A DNA stretch of 64,000 nucleotides. Origin: Octopus sinensis. Its lineage: Eukaryota. Within the stretch, counting starts at the first letter, position 1, and every line of letters starts with the position of its first letter. Made by a program: the position numbers and the translations under genes. A model generated the notes under the pieces. The model had not been told where the DNA came from and did not search any database. It saw only the letters and a program-made list of their open reading frames with translations. Shown here piece by piece: positions 13,871 through 27,545 of the stretch. The stretch spans positions 70,370,001 through 70,434,000 of the forward strand of contig NC_043002.1 of assembly GCF_006345805.1 (NCBI RefSeq), written 5' to 3'.

Positions 13871-15077
13871 CTATAAAAAATTAGTACACTGACGCACAGA
13901 CGCGCGCACGCGCACACACGCGAGCGCAGACGCACACACGCGAGCGCAGACGCACACACACATATCTCTATATGTATGTACTATTTCGTATTGGCTATTC
14001 AACTTTTTGAAAAGCTGTAACATTTATTGATGTAAGGATATCATGCATAAAACAAGCTGGGCAAAATTCTTACCGACATCTTGTCCGTCTTCACGTTCTG
14101 AGTTCAATTTCCGCCGGGGTCCACTTTGCCTTTCATCCTTTCGGGGTCGATAAAATAAGTATCAATGAAACACTGGAGTGGGAGAGAATAGAAGACATGA
14201 GACATGATATGGACCGCAAACAGTAAGTAGTATTATATATCTTCATCCTCTGTACAGGATACAAGCATTAGTCCCTTCAAGCAGTGAAATCACTTTTCTC
14301 TGATAGGATTCCACAGGTACTAGAAATAACAGTTGTAGTATTGTGAATGTAAGGCAGACACACTTGTGCCCCATTTGTCGGAGCCCCCAGCTTTATATAT
14401 AATTTGGGGTTTCAAAAAAGCATTCGATAAACAATCAACCGTTTTCTTTTATACCGACTGAAAACATTACATTGAGGTATTAGGATACAAGTGAAATTAT
14501 TTTAAGACGGTATAACTTCAGTATACACAAAATAACAAAACAGTCATTGATATAGCATTTTGTAAGTGAAATCTAATTTGCCTTTCACTATTCACCACCA
14601 TTAAAACACATTCAGAAAGAACTCTAACGCCATAATCAGATCAGCCAGTCTAGTGCTTCACCAATGAGCAAGCTTCCTGTTTTCTCTATACGTGTGATTA
14701 AGTCAATGGCTCCCATACTCAACTCCATTGCATTACATTGGTGTTGGTCAAAGACATCACGACTTAACAGTAGTTGTCTTACAATTGAAGGCGATGAGTT
14801 AGCAGCATCGTTAGTACACCGTAGAAAATGCCCAGCGACATTTCTTCCAGCTCTTTTCGTTATGAGTTCAAATTCCGCCGAGGTTAACTTTATCTTCATT
14901 ACCTTTGGCATCGATAAATAATGTACTACTGAAGTACATAGAATAGTGTACCACTGAAGAGGTAATAAATGTGGCTACTCCCCTCAAAACTGAAACGCCT
15001 GAACCCTGTAGCAAACGACGTCCCTTTCATGGGAATTTTGTAATCTCGGTCCTTTATACGCAATAGAAACTGAGAAT

Positions 15078-16333
15078 GCAGCTTTATCAGTTGTGGGAGT
15101 CGTGAAATAACAATACACGTGAAACTACAATACACGTAGTATTTGGCAGAGCTGAATTTCATCAGTAATACACAGAAAACAACAATTTGTTACAGGTTTC
15201 TTCAGCGGTGGTGCCCCAGCATGGCCGCGGCCTTCGGGCTAAAACATTTTTAAGGATTTAAGGATTTATAGTTATTCAAGATGCGGGAAATAACAATTAA
15301 ATTTCTGCCATACTATGAAGGGTAAAAAGGTTAAGAACCCCTTTTGTCATGAATGACCATGGGATTGAACCTAGAAAGTTCCCCTCCGAGGTACAAGTCT
15401 GGGAAAGGTATGCTCATGCATACCAGCCTCCCCTTTCCATGACACTGATGTTATGCAAGGGAAAGGCAAACGCTGATACAGCCTGGCACCAGTGATATCA
15501 AAACTCATTTCTACAGCTCTGTGAACTGGGGTAACGTGAAATAAAGTGTCTTGCTCAAGAACACAGCACAACCTGACGCTCTAAGCACTGAGTCATGCGC
15601 CTTCATGCTATGCTCTACTCTTAATACTTTGAAAGAAAGACGTCAGGGACGATGGTGTCTAAGGTAAACTGTAATCGAAAAATACTGGATGGTTTTGGAT
15701 GTAAAGATTATGGTCATCTTGTCTGCCGATCAAGAGTCAAAACAGCTTTATCAGTTCTGGGAGTCGTGAAATAACAAATACTACAATACACGTAGTATTT
15801 GGCAGAGCTGAATTTCATCAGTAATACACAGAAAACAACGATTTGTTACAGGTTTCTTCATAGGTTTCTTCAGCGGTGGTGCCCCAGCATGGCCGCGGCC
15901 TTCGGGCTAAAACATTTTTAAGGATTTAAGGATTTATAGTTATTCAAGATGCGGGAAATAACAATTAAATTTCTGCCACACTATGAAGGGTAAAAAGGTA
16001 AAGAACCCCTTTTGTCATGAATGACAAGAGTCAAAACAGCTTTATCAGTTCTGGGAGTCGTGAAATAACAAATACTACAATACACGTAGTATTTGGCAGA
16101 GCTGAATTTCATCAGTAATACACAGAAAACAACGATTTGTTACAGGTTTCTTCATAGGTTTCTTCAGCGGTGGTGCCCCAGCATGGCCGCGGCCTTCGGG
16201 CTAAAACATTTTTAAGGATTTAAGGATTTATAGTTATTCAAGATGCGGGAAATAACAATTAAATTTCTGCCACACTATGAAGGGTAAAAAGGTAAAGAAC
16301 CCCTTTTGTCATGAATGACAAGAGTCAAAACAG
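15078..16333 (+). repeat. 294-bp tandem duplication (15731-16333) plus an earlier partial copy (15078-15357)
   Basis: caagagtcaaaacagc recurs at 15731, 16025 and 16319 (period 294). The unit contains a LINE/SINE-type tail, ggtggtgccccagcatggccgc..(aaggattt)n. Confidence 0.9.
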
Positions 16334-16732
16334 CAGCAGCAGCAGCAACAACAAAAAGAACAACAGCAGCAATAACAACAGCAGCAGCAGCAGCAACGAC
16401 AAGGACAACGAAAGCAATAACTATAAAAACACAACAGCAGCAAAAATTAATAGGTTTATTTAAACTCATTAGTATAATGTAAGTTATCCATATATCAACT
16501 CAGTAAGTAGATTTCCTTCAATAAAAATATAAAACGTGGCCTATCTACAACATGACAATGTCACCTAAATGGAAGGGAACAGCTGAGAGTAAAAATCTAG
16601 GAACATGAACTTAATACAGCAGTTGGTGTTGGGAATAGAAATCGCTTTCTCTTTTACGAGTAGACTAACATCCTACTGGTTTGGTTAAGTATAATTAATT
16701 ACGGGTCTCCTCGTCGTATTTATTTATATGTA

Positions 16733-17616
16733 CAGGGTGGGTGGAAAGTAACTAGGCATTAGAAATTGCTAATAGAATTTTTAGTATCACTGAAGTCATG
16801 ACGAAAACATTTTTTAAACAGACAACACTAATAAGGATATTTTTCATTTTCTTATTGTCTTATTTCTTATTTTCCAGATGGCTGGTCACTCGACTATTCA
16901 GGAGCGAGCTAAGCTAACAGCACACTATGAAGTGTAGAATTCCATTGTTTTGGCTCAGAGGTGGTGGCATGCATGGAAAGGTATGCATGCAACACTACGT
17001 TGTCATGCAAAGCTGATGACCACGGGCTCTGTAAACTATGCAAGAAGTGGCCGCCCAACCACATCCCCATCAACGGAGAACGTTGCAACAATGCAGCAAA
17101 CGTTTAATTGCAGCCCGCAAAAATCAACATGTCAAGCAGTTAGTGAAAGTGGAGTAACAAGACACACAATACGTACGGTGTTGCATAAAGAATTAAATTT
17201 TTATCCGTGGAAACCCCATTGTGTGCAGGAGCTAAAACATGAAGACTGTGATCGCACAATGGAATATGGAGAGTTAATGCTATGTTGGTATGAGGATTGG
17301 CCTGAATTGCTTGAAAACATCTTCCGTAGTGATGAGGCCGAGATGTTATAACACCGATCGCACACTGGAGAACTTGGAGGCACGGATTCAGAAGATTCTC
17401 ATTGATATCCCAGACGGCATCCTTCAGAAGGTTGTTCATTTCATTCCGGGCCGTTTGAGGAAGCTGGCTGACGCCACCAATGCTTACGTTGAAATATCAA
17501 TATTCACTTTCATTTTTCCATGTAATAAAGGACATGTATGATTTGTTTCAATAAATTTGTAAAAAGAATATGGATTTCACTACCAGTTTTTAATGCCTAC
17601 TTACTTTTCACTCACC

Positions 17617-17619
<3 letters not shown>
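16733..17619 (+). mobile_element. Internally deleted mariner/Tc1-superfamily transposon
   Basis: 29-bp TIRs (cagggtgggtggaaagtaactaggcatta, 3 mismatches) flanked by TA on both sides. Broken transposase reading: MAGHSTIQERAKL, AQRWW, an HTH region with GRP, F.SDEA, then a jump to the C-terminal RTLENLEARI..IP. Confidence 0.9.
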
Positions 17620-17675
<56 letters not shown>

Positions 17676-17676
<1 letters not shown>

Positions 17677-19058
17677 TAGCATTAAAGACCCGTCGTTGCC
17701 GGGTCATAGTGCTAGTGCATGTATATATGTGTATATATATGTGTACATATTACATGTACATCTATATATATACATCTACACGTAAAATACAAAATACAAA
17801 GTTATATCTTGATATTGCTAGTAATAACAATACTCAAAATATATAACAGACTGGAATTGTTAGCCCGTCTCTTGTAAATTCGATCAATTGTATCTTGTCC
17901 TCCCTCTTGTATAGAGGTGTAGCTACAATCCAGCCTACCTCTACTTCGAGGGGGGGGAGCAATTTTATTTTTTTTCCGGGACGTCCTACGTCCCAGATAT
18001 AAAGGTAAAAGTAAAATATTTCCACTTTGCAAGTTCGAGTCGAGTACTCCCTTGCACGCTCCGTTGACTCGAACCTTGCTTCTATTGTGACGAATTTACC
18101 GCCTCTGCTTAGATAACTTTCTTAGTCGCACCAAGACACTTTTTGATGGTGCTTTCCTCCAGGTGTTCAAATCTTTTTTTTTTCTCTACATTGTATACTT
18201 TATAGACAATAGTTTTTTCTTTAATTTAATTTTTTATTTCGTTTGGTAGTGTCATCCTAGATCCACCGTCTTTGTCGGTGATCAATCCGTATTTCTTCCA
18301 TTTTAATTTCAATGAGTTCGCGCCCGCCGACGGCTGAAGCGAAATTCATTTTCGGACTTTCTTCTATCGAAGGTATTCTAACAAAAATGCTTCCGTGTAA
18401 ACGATGAAAATATTGCCAATTTCCCCAAACAATTCAATTTTTAAACAATACCTAAAGCTCCTTCTTCCAAAGGGGGAGGGTTACAGTTTACAATTATTTA
18501 ACAAATGCAACACAACAACATTTCCCTTACGAGGAACCAACAAACGTAATAACAACAGTTAAACAGTAATAATAATAACAAACCTTACAGTGAATCAATA
18601 GTTGAAGCTATAGACCTTTATGTATAATAGTCCATCTGGACTATTCCATTTCTGCACGCTAATTTTATTTTTAATTTATTCCCATTCATGTGAAACCACT
18701 TATTCAAGTTCAAATCATTGATGCACTTTTATACCAATTGCTATTTTTACTTGTTACGATTATATTATACATTAGTTTGATTTTAATTATTACTTATAAT
18801 TATTATTTTTATTGTTAAAGTGAAAACATCTGACATAAAATAGAGAAATGTTTTTATTTCACTTTTAACACGTAATACTGAAATAGTGGAGAAGATATGA
18901 TATTGCTATGGGCTCGCTCTAGGCAAGAAGTTGAACATTTTTTGCCCATGGAACTACATGGACCCTACGTAAGGCATGTGTAAAATTTGAATGGAATTGG
19001 TTGTGTATATATACATGCACTAGCACTATGACCTGACAACGACGGGTCTTTAATGCTA

Positions 19059-19059
<1 letters not shown>
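17676..19059. mobile_element. Helitron-like element with hairpin+CTAG 3'-type termini at both ends (about 53-bp inverted repeats)
   Basis: Left end a|ctagcattaaagacccgtcgttgccgggtcatagtgctagtgcatg; right end catgcactagcactatgacctgacaacgacgggtctttaatgctag|t. (TA)n on both flanks. Confidence 0.7.
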
Positions 19060-19097
<38 letters not shown>

Positions 19098-19504
19098 CGG
19101 TCGTACTGCATCACTTCTTGATATCCTGTTGCTTATTTTGATTTTATTCATCATACTTCGAGCTGTGCGGATAATACCGGACTGACATGATGCTTCAACT
19201 TAAGTACCTAATTCAACAGAATCTCAATTATTTCTTATATATATATATATATGTGAATAGTAGTTTGAGAGAAATATTGACGTGTAGTTATATATTTACG
19301 TATTTTTAATTTCGGAGTCCAAATCCTGCCGAAGAAAACTTCAGTAAAATACATCGCATTTAAATTCATCTAATCGGCTATTGGCATTCAGTACAATCTA
19401 AGCTACTACACTTAGAAATCAATGTATTAAATCACACACACACACACACACAATCACACACACGCACATCAACATCTCTATCTGTGCTGTGTTTCCGTGT
19501 GTGA

Positions 19505-19586
<82 letters not shown>

Positions 19587-19814
19587 GCAGCACGGACTTT
19601 GTCAGTGAACAGGTCGCGGATTTTAGCGACGAAAATATTTTGACAAATTAAACTTAAATGTTGAAGTGAATCGAACGGCTTTTGTGTGTTTCTTAAATGG
19701 CTTATAAACACCTTCCACGCTGCAATTGTTTTCGTTTCAGCACACGATCTCAGATCAAATTACTTGCTATGCGAGTACATCTCCGTAATATATATATATA
19801 TATATATATATTCT

Positions 19815-20180
19815 TTTACTTGTTTCTGATATTTGACTGCGGCCATGCTGAAACACCGTCTTGGAGGGTTTTAAGTCGAACAAATTGGCTCCACGATTTA
19901 TTTCTTAATCCTAGTACTTAATCTATCCCTCTTTTGCCGAAGCCTTAAGTTACAGGGACGTAAACACATCAACACCAGTTGTCAAGCTGTCGTGAGGGAC
20001 AAACACACACACACACACACGACGAGCTTCTTTCAGTTTCCGTCTACCAATTCCACTGACAAGCTTTTAAGCGGTCCCGAAGCTATAATAGAATGCACGT
20101 GACACGCTGTGGGACTGAACCTGGAACCATGTGGTTTGGGAAGCAAGTTTCTTACAACACAGCCACAACTGCACCTCTGT
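19815..20180 (-). mobile_element. SINE family B copy
   Basis: Same head, body and tail as 7225-7625. Confidence 0.8.
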
Positions 20181-20254
20181 ATATCTCACGGTCAAAACCG
20201 CTATTAGCCTGTAGATGTACATTGAGCGTTAATAAACATAACAACGATAGGAAT

Positions 20255-20493
<239 letters not shown>

Positions 20494-20832
20494 TTGCTGG
20501 GGGTTGAAATGAAAAAAATAAATCGACTGTCGACTGATATATATTTTACATGACCCCACCTCCAGTGCCAAGCCTATTTAATTAATATGAATATTAAAAT
20601 AATATAAATTATTTGAATACTGTCTGTCTGTCTGTTTGTCTTGTTCTTTCTCTCTCGGTGGTGCATCTACAAAATGTAGAGCACAGCTAGAAGAACAGTA
20701 ATAGGTTATCAACGAAATCAACATTATCGTCACCATCATCATCATCATCATCATTATCATCATCATCATTAGGAGCTACACCAACAAAGCGCCACCACAA
20801 GTTCTACCGCTGCTGCCCCCATTACCACCACC

Positions 20833-20864
<32 letters not shown>

Positions 20865-21055
20865 CAAACAACACCAATATCACAGCAACAATAACCTTCT
20901 CTAGCGTCAACGTTATTACTATTTTGGCGACAGATCTTATGTATTTTCTGCATGAATGTGTTATCGCATTAAAAGCTATTTTTTTATTCCTCGCCACAAA
21001 TTCTTTCGCTGAATGCTTTTTCCAAACTCTTACTATTAATTTCTCTTTCTCTCTT

Positions 21056-21095
<40 letters not shown>

Positions 21096-21929
21096 TCACT
21101 CTCTCTCTCTCTCTCCCACGCACACACATATTCTGTACCTATCTATTTTCCAACCGGTTTCTAACAACTCCTAATGTTCGGATTATTCCTCCTCCTCCAC
21201 CTCTCCCTCCAACCCCTCCTCCTCTCCTCCTCTTCCTCCCTCTTTGATTAAGGCCTATTGTTTTCCATTTCGCTCTCCTCTTCGCTCTTCCTCTCTCTGT
21301 CTCCCTCTCAATGCATATCGCTATCTATCTCTTTGTCTATCTTGAACTTTTGCTCGTCCATACTGTTTTAAGGTTTTGATTAATAACATATCCAAGACCG
21401 CATTCATTAATTCCATACATCCGAAAGTAAATCTACCTATCTCCTTCATCTCCTCTCACCCCCTCTCATATATATACATATTATACATATATACATACAC
21501 ACGCACACACATATATTTCTATAATTGTATTTATATTTATTATATATAGATTTGCTTGTACAGAGCCCTGTAAATCTCATATCGTTCTAGTGGTTTTGAA
21601 AACTAAGATCTATTGTAGAGCGAACTCATTTATCACTTGAAGACATTTAAAAAAAATGGTAGTATTTAGCGTCGATTTTATTATTATTATCATTATTATT
21701 ATTATCATTATTATTATTATTATTATTATTATTAGTTTGCTTAGTCTTTTCAAGATTCCTCCTTTTAACTGTGGATCAAGAATACCTATGAATCATGCAA
21801 ACTTATTGTAAATGGATAATGCAATGCATAGATGGGAAATTACGAAACAATCTGTTATTTCCAACATAATTCCAATGACATGATCACATAGCTGTATACA
21901 TAAGTACAATCACACATATATATATATAC

Positions 21930-22004
<75 letters not shown>

Positions 22005-22325
22005 CATGGACAAATAAAATACATACGTACATACTTACACACACAGACACACACACACGCACACACCGAGGTACACATTTGAACGTATATATATATATAT
22101 ATATAAACATAGATACTTATATATATATATATATAAATATATATATACATACGTATATATATATATATGTATATATATACATAAATATAAATATATAAAT
22201 ATATATATATGTATATATACATATATGTATATATGTATATATATATATATGTGTATATATATATATATGCCTATATATATATGTATATATATGTATGTAT
22301 ATATATATATATTCATATATATATA

Positions 22326-22361
<36 letters not shown>

Positions 22362-23789
22362 TATATCCATGCTTGTATAACTGTATAGAGATTTATATTT
22401 ACTGATAGATATATATACATAGATACATACACACACACATATTGCATGAGTGTGTGCATTTTGCGTATGTGTGTCTGTGAGTGTATAATAGTTTTACTTC
22501 GTTTTGTCGGTATTAGGTGTTTGAAAAATGACTGAACAGCGAAGTAGTCAGTCTTAATAGCCAGTATGTAATGATGGATGAAAAAAAAAAACCCCAGAAA
22601 AACAGAAATAACAATAATTCTGTGTATACGAATTCATCAGTACATGAATGACCGCAGAGATGCATGCGATTCGTGAAATTCAGAATGAATTTTAGATAGG
22701 CTTATCATATGAAATTACTGTCTAAAAACACACTTATTATCAGCTTTTGTCGATGCAGAAAGCGGGGCGGTAATCACAAAAAGAGACAAAACATAAAGAC
22801 ATCGAACATATTTTGTATAAGTTCTGCCATGTACGGCGGATACTTCTGAAGGGGAAAAAAATCTTTGAAGATGAAAAATGATATAAATGTTGGTAAATTG
22901 CTTTCATTCCTTCAAGCTGACGGCCCTGTCATTTATTTAATTACTAAATATCAGGGAAAAGCGCTTTCAAGTGATGTTTTTATTGAAGCCTTGAATATTT
23001 CTATGTTTTCTTTTATATTGTGTAGTGTCACGTGGTTTTGTTAATCTTTTATAGGTGTCTAATATCGCTATGGAGTCGATCCGCCCATTTATTGGGGAGG
23101 CTCATCACGAACCTTCGTTTTCCCCTTCTGTATCCCTGTCTATGTCATTTTACTGATGGTACGTGAGGAGCACGGACATGCTGTATATATGCAAGTGTGT
23201 GTATGTTTCAGTATTCCCGTGAGTATGTGTGTGTGTGTGTGACACTGTGGAACCATCGCTTGTTTCATTCATGAGCACTTAGATATTCGATCAACTAAAA
23301 CACTCGTAAAGTAATTTTTCGGCAGAATAAGGGCGTCACAATCTCTGACGAGTTGGTTCTTTGAATAGGGCTTCCACACAGTTCATATCAATGCTGTTTC
23401 CCTCTTACCCCTTTAGCCGAGCCAAGGTTATGGCAATAGGCCATTCATAGCACACGATACAATCGGGCTTGTACCAGGGAAAATTATTAACTACTTGACT
23501 AATATTCCCTTTCACATCAACTACTGGTTCCAATGAAATTCTAAATCGTTTATGTAGAAATCTTTGAAGCAACATGGATTCTTTGAATTCAAAGGTTTAT
23601 TGAATCTATTTATATGGAGAATACAATAATAAATATAAAAAGAGGATAAAACAAATGTGATAAAATAAATTATTACCCCCATTATGAAACAAAGGATTTT
23701 TCTAGAAACTTTTTCACTTCAAGTTTTGGAGAAATAATGTTTCATTTTTATTACAGTTACATAAAAAGACATTTTGATGCCAGATCAAT

Positions 23790-23915
23790 TTGGATTCAAT
23801 CTTTGGGGTCCAATCAATTAGGATGCATATTATTTTGTTCATTAGAGGGAAAAAACCTTGTTTGTGAACGTAAGTTGTTACAAAAGGCAGCAGCTTTTTG
23901 GCTGTCTCCTCATGC
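23790..23915 (-). mobile_element. hAT (Buster/Charlie-like) transposase C-terminal dimerisation-domain remnant
   Basis: ORF 23714-23926 contains AKKLLPFVTTYVHKQGFFPLMNK, resembling LLPFxTTYLCExGFS. Confidence 0.65.
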
Positions 23916-25167
23916 CAGAAGAACATTTTTTTATCGTAACAAGGAACACGTTTTTTTTTTATATAATTTTACTTATGTCTTATGAGTTCTCATTACCTCC
24001 AAGGATTTCATTTTCACCCCACTTGGAGTAATTCACCCCGGTTCTATGTCACCTCGTTGTGAGGATCTGGGAAAACAGTTGTTTTGTTTGCACATTTATT
24101 CTTAACTCGTCCAGGCATATTCAGACGCCAAATTAGTTTACGTCACAGGAGGATAACTTCTCGCTTCTATGACGAGTGTTCAACACATTCAGCTCATTAC
24201 CTCGTGGTATTCTAGGCCACCGGTGCTTCGACGTGCGTCTCGTCAGCCAAAACCAGCGAGAACTTTGAGCCGAAACGAAAGTGCTGGTTATATACTTTCA
24301 GCGAACAAATATTTTGTTGATCAATGCTTATATCTGCCAACTGATAAAAGAAAAAAAAAATATTATTTGCATTGTGCACCAAAATATATGGAACTAATAT
24401 TTTCGTATTTATTCTTAACACGTTTAGGCAAGTCCAGACGCAAAATAAGCTGGTCGCTGTAGTGTACGTCATAGAAGAATAACATCTCCCTTTTACGCCG
24501 ACAGTGTGTTTAACACACTCGGCTTATTGACTCACGCTATTCTGGTATATCGCTGTTTCGACATGCTATATCTTGTCAGCCAGAATCAGTGGTAACTTTG
24601 AGCCTATACGAAGCCGCTTGTTTGCTGATCGGTGTTATTTAGTAGATCGATATAACAGCTTTCTGCGATGTTTTAACCCAAATACGATGAATCTATGACT
24701 TGACTGAATCCTTTATTTTTTTATAACTGGAAAGTATAACTTCTAGGAAATATGACCGTTGTTTCTAGCAGATCAAGAGACTTGTACAAGATTTTTCGTT
24801 GGGATTAAATAAAGATTCTATAGCTCATTTTGGTTCTTACAATTCCCTCTTTCTACATCGAATAAATTTTATTTTTCCCCAAATACCTCTGCCATGAAGA
24901 AGAGATAATATGCATTTTCGAGCAAATTTTTTAAGCTAGATTATTTCTGGGTAGAAACAGTTAAATCCGCAAATCTATTTTATAGTTTTCCTCTCAGTAC
25001 ACCGGAAATATCTCACTTGGATTTTTTTTCTTTTGTATTGAAATTACTCTTACAAGTGCAAACCACTGATAATTTCCGTGAGTTTTAGCAGTTAATTCTA
25101 TTTCACATAGTATTTCGGTGATTAGCATGACTTAATTAATTTTCAGTTAACGATTTTACTCTTGCAG

Positions 25168-25209
25168 GAATCCTGATAATAACAGGTTATCCTCTCGGAT
25201 ATTCGTTTC
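25168..25209 (+). CDS. Candidate isolated 42-nt exon (GILIITGYPLGYSF or NPDNNRLSSRIFV)
   Basis: ttaacgattttactcttgcag|..|gttagt; length is a multiple of 3; product not recognised. Confidence 0.2.
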
Positions 25210-25659
25210 GTTAGTAATTTTGGAATCAAAAATTACTGTTCACTTCACTGAGCGAATGGACTTGTGATCTTTTTAAACGTTAAGATATAGCGAACTATAT
25301 TGTGCTCACACAGGGATTGACAGAGGTAGAACTGCTCCTCAATATATGAATGAAATATTTTAAGATGACTAAACTAAGGGTTTGACGGTGATCGTATACA
25401 GAATAGACGATTCTAAAGATGAAATAACTCAGTATATTATAAAGATTTGCAAAGGGTATTTATGGAAATGTGGAGTCGAGTGATAACGAAGCGAGCCGCT
25501 ATGCGATTAATCGACCTACTAGGAGTAGCAACAGAAGGATCCTCAAATCACACATTACTATTTTTAAAATGGCGCAATGGAATCTGAGGGAATGAAAAAT
25601 AGAAGGAATAGCCATGGATCATAGTTCTTCTCGATCACAGTTACCAAGGAACTACACAA

Positions 25660-25947
25660 AGACATCACCACAAACCAGCACCAGCATCGCCACAACTACC
25701 ATAATCACCTCCCACTACAATCACAGGACCACCATCACCCACCAACACGACCACCACAACCACTACCATCACAACTGCCACCACCCACCAATAACATTAC
25801 CACCACCACAACCACCACCACCACCACCACCACCACCACCAGCACCACCAGCACCACCATCACTACCACCACCACCACCACCACCACCACCACCACCACC
25901 ACCACCACAACCACAACCACCACCATCACTACCACCACCACCACCTC
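25660..25947. repeat. (ACC)n-type degenerate trinucleotide repeat
   Basis: Direct reading; it explains the poly-P/V/G ORFs. Confidence 0.9.
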
Positions 25948-26004
25948 CATAAGAAGACGATAGTGAGGTTTCACTTAGGATATTTAATATATTGAGTATC
26001 ATAA

Positions 26005-26760
26005 CACGGTGAGCTGGCAGAAAGGTTAGCACGCCGGACGAAATGCTTAGTTGTATTTCGCCTGTCTTTATGTTCTTAGTTCAAATTCCTCCGAGGTCGA
26101 CTTTGCCTTTCATCATTTCGGTGTCGATAAATTAAGTACCAGTTACGCACTGGTGTCGATCTAATCTAATGGCCTCCTCCCCCAAAATTCGGGCCTTATG
26201 CCTAGAATAGAAAGAATATACTAAGTATACTGTTATATACCGAGTATCTAAGGCGGCGAGCTGGCAGAAACGTTAGCACGCCGGGCGAAATGCTTAGCGG
26301 TATTTCGTCTGCTGTTACGTTCTGAGTTCAAATTCCGCCGAGGTGGACTTTGCCTTTTATCCTTTCGGGGTCAATAAATTAAGTACCAGTTACGCACTGT
26401 AGTTGATGTGATCGACTTAATCCCGTTGTCTGTCCTTATTTGTACCCTCTATATTTAGCCCCTTGTGGGCAATAAAGAAATAAGAAACGTTATCACGCCG
26501 GGCGAAATGCTTAGCAGTATTTCGTCTGCCGTTACGTTCTGAGTTCAAATTCCGCCGAGGTCGACTTTGCCTTTCATTCTTTCGGGGTCGATAAATTAAG
26601 TACCAGTTACGCACTGGAATCGGACTAATCGAATGGTCTCCTCCTCCAAAATTGCCTTTCGGGGTCGATAAATTAAGTGCCAGTTGCATACTAGTGTTGA
26701 TCTAATCGATTGGCCCCACTGCCTCAAAATTTCAGGCCTTGTGCCTAGAGTAGAAAGAAT
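26005..26760 (+). mobile_element. Tandem array of four SINE family A units
   Basis: Repeated gagctggcagaa..gttagcacgccgg..gagttcaaattccgccgaggtcgactttgcctttcat modules. The whole array is flanked by aatatattgagtatca (25986-26001 and 26758-26773). Confidence 0.9.
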
Positions 26761-27354
26761 ATATTGAGTATCAACAATCTTATTAGAAATAGATGTGCAT
26801 TGTAGAACAGACATCATGAAGTGACTGACTGATAGTGGAGGGGCGTGGGTTAGTTGTTAGGGTTGTTAGACTTACGATGGTAATCTCGTGATTTCCATTC
26901 CTAGACCAGGCGACGCATCGCGAAACACTTCACCCAGCTGGCAAATATGAGTAATCCTGCGATGGCCCGGTGTCACGTATAAGCAAGGAATATATACGCC
27001 ATGAAACCTGAAAACTGGCTCTTATGAGTCTGTATGACTCGAGAAAATAATCTTACTGTCTGATATTGTTTTAATTATTTAGTTAAACAGGGGAAAACAC
27101 TCTAGACATGCATTAATCTTATTAAGTCTCGTTATCGTGTCTCTGTATCAATTTCGGAGTAAGAAGAAATGACAAAAGCTATTGAAGTGGTGAGCCTGGG
27201 TGTCTGGAGATGAAGTTCTGTAAGCCAAAAATTATAAGTGAGGTGGCTGATCCGAATTATTACAAACTACTGAATTGTGCTGCAGGCATCCTGAGATGTT
27301 CTTCGAACTCTAAACGAAAACTAGTAAAATATCCTTTTCAACTCTATGTACAAG

Positions 27355-27545
27355 GACCGGAATTTTGGGGGAGGGGGCCATTGGATTAGATCGACCCCAG
27401 TACTCAACTTGTACTTAATTTATCGACCCCAAAAAGATGAAAGGCAAAGTCGACTTCGGTGGAATTCGAACTGAGAACGTAATGACAGACGAAATACCGC
27501 TAAGCATTTCACCCGGCGTGCTAACGTTTCTGCCATCTCGCCGCC
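27355..27545 (-). mobile_element. SINE family A copy
   Basis: Ends in cccggcgtgctaacgtttctgccatctcgccgcc, the reverse complement of the head. Confidence 0.85.

Noticed and set aside
15731-16333. Possible CRISPR-like or other spacer array
   Set aside because: Units are full-length duplicates with no unique spacers, in a eukaryotic context.
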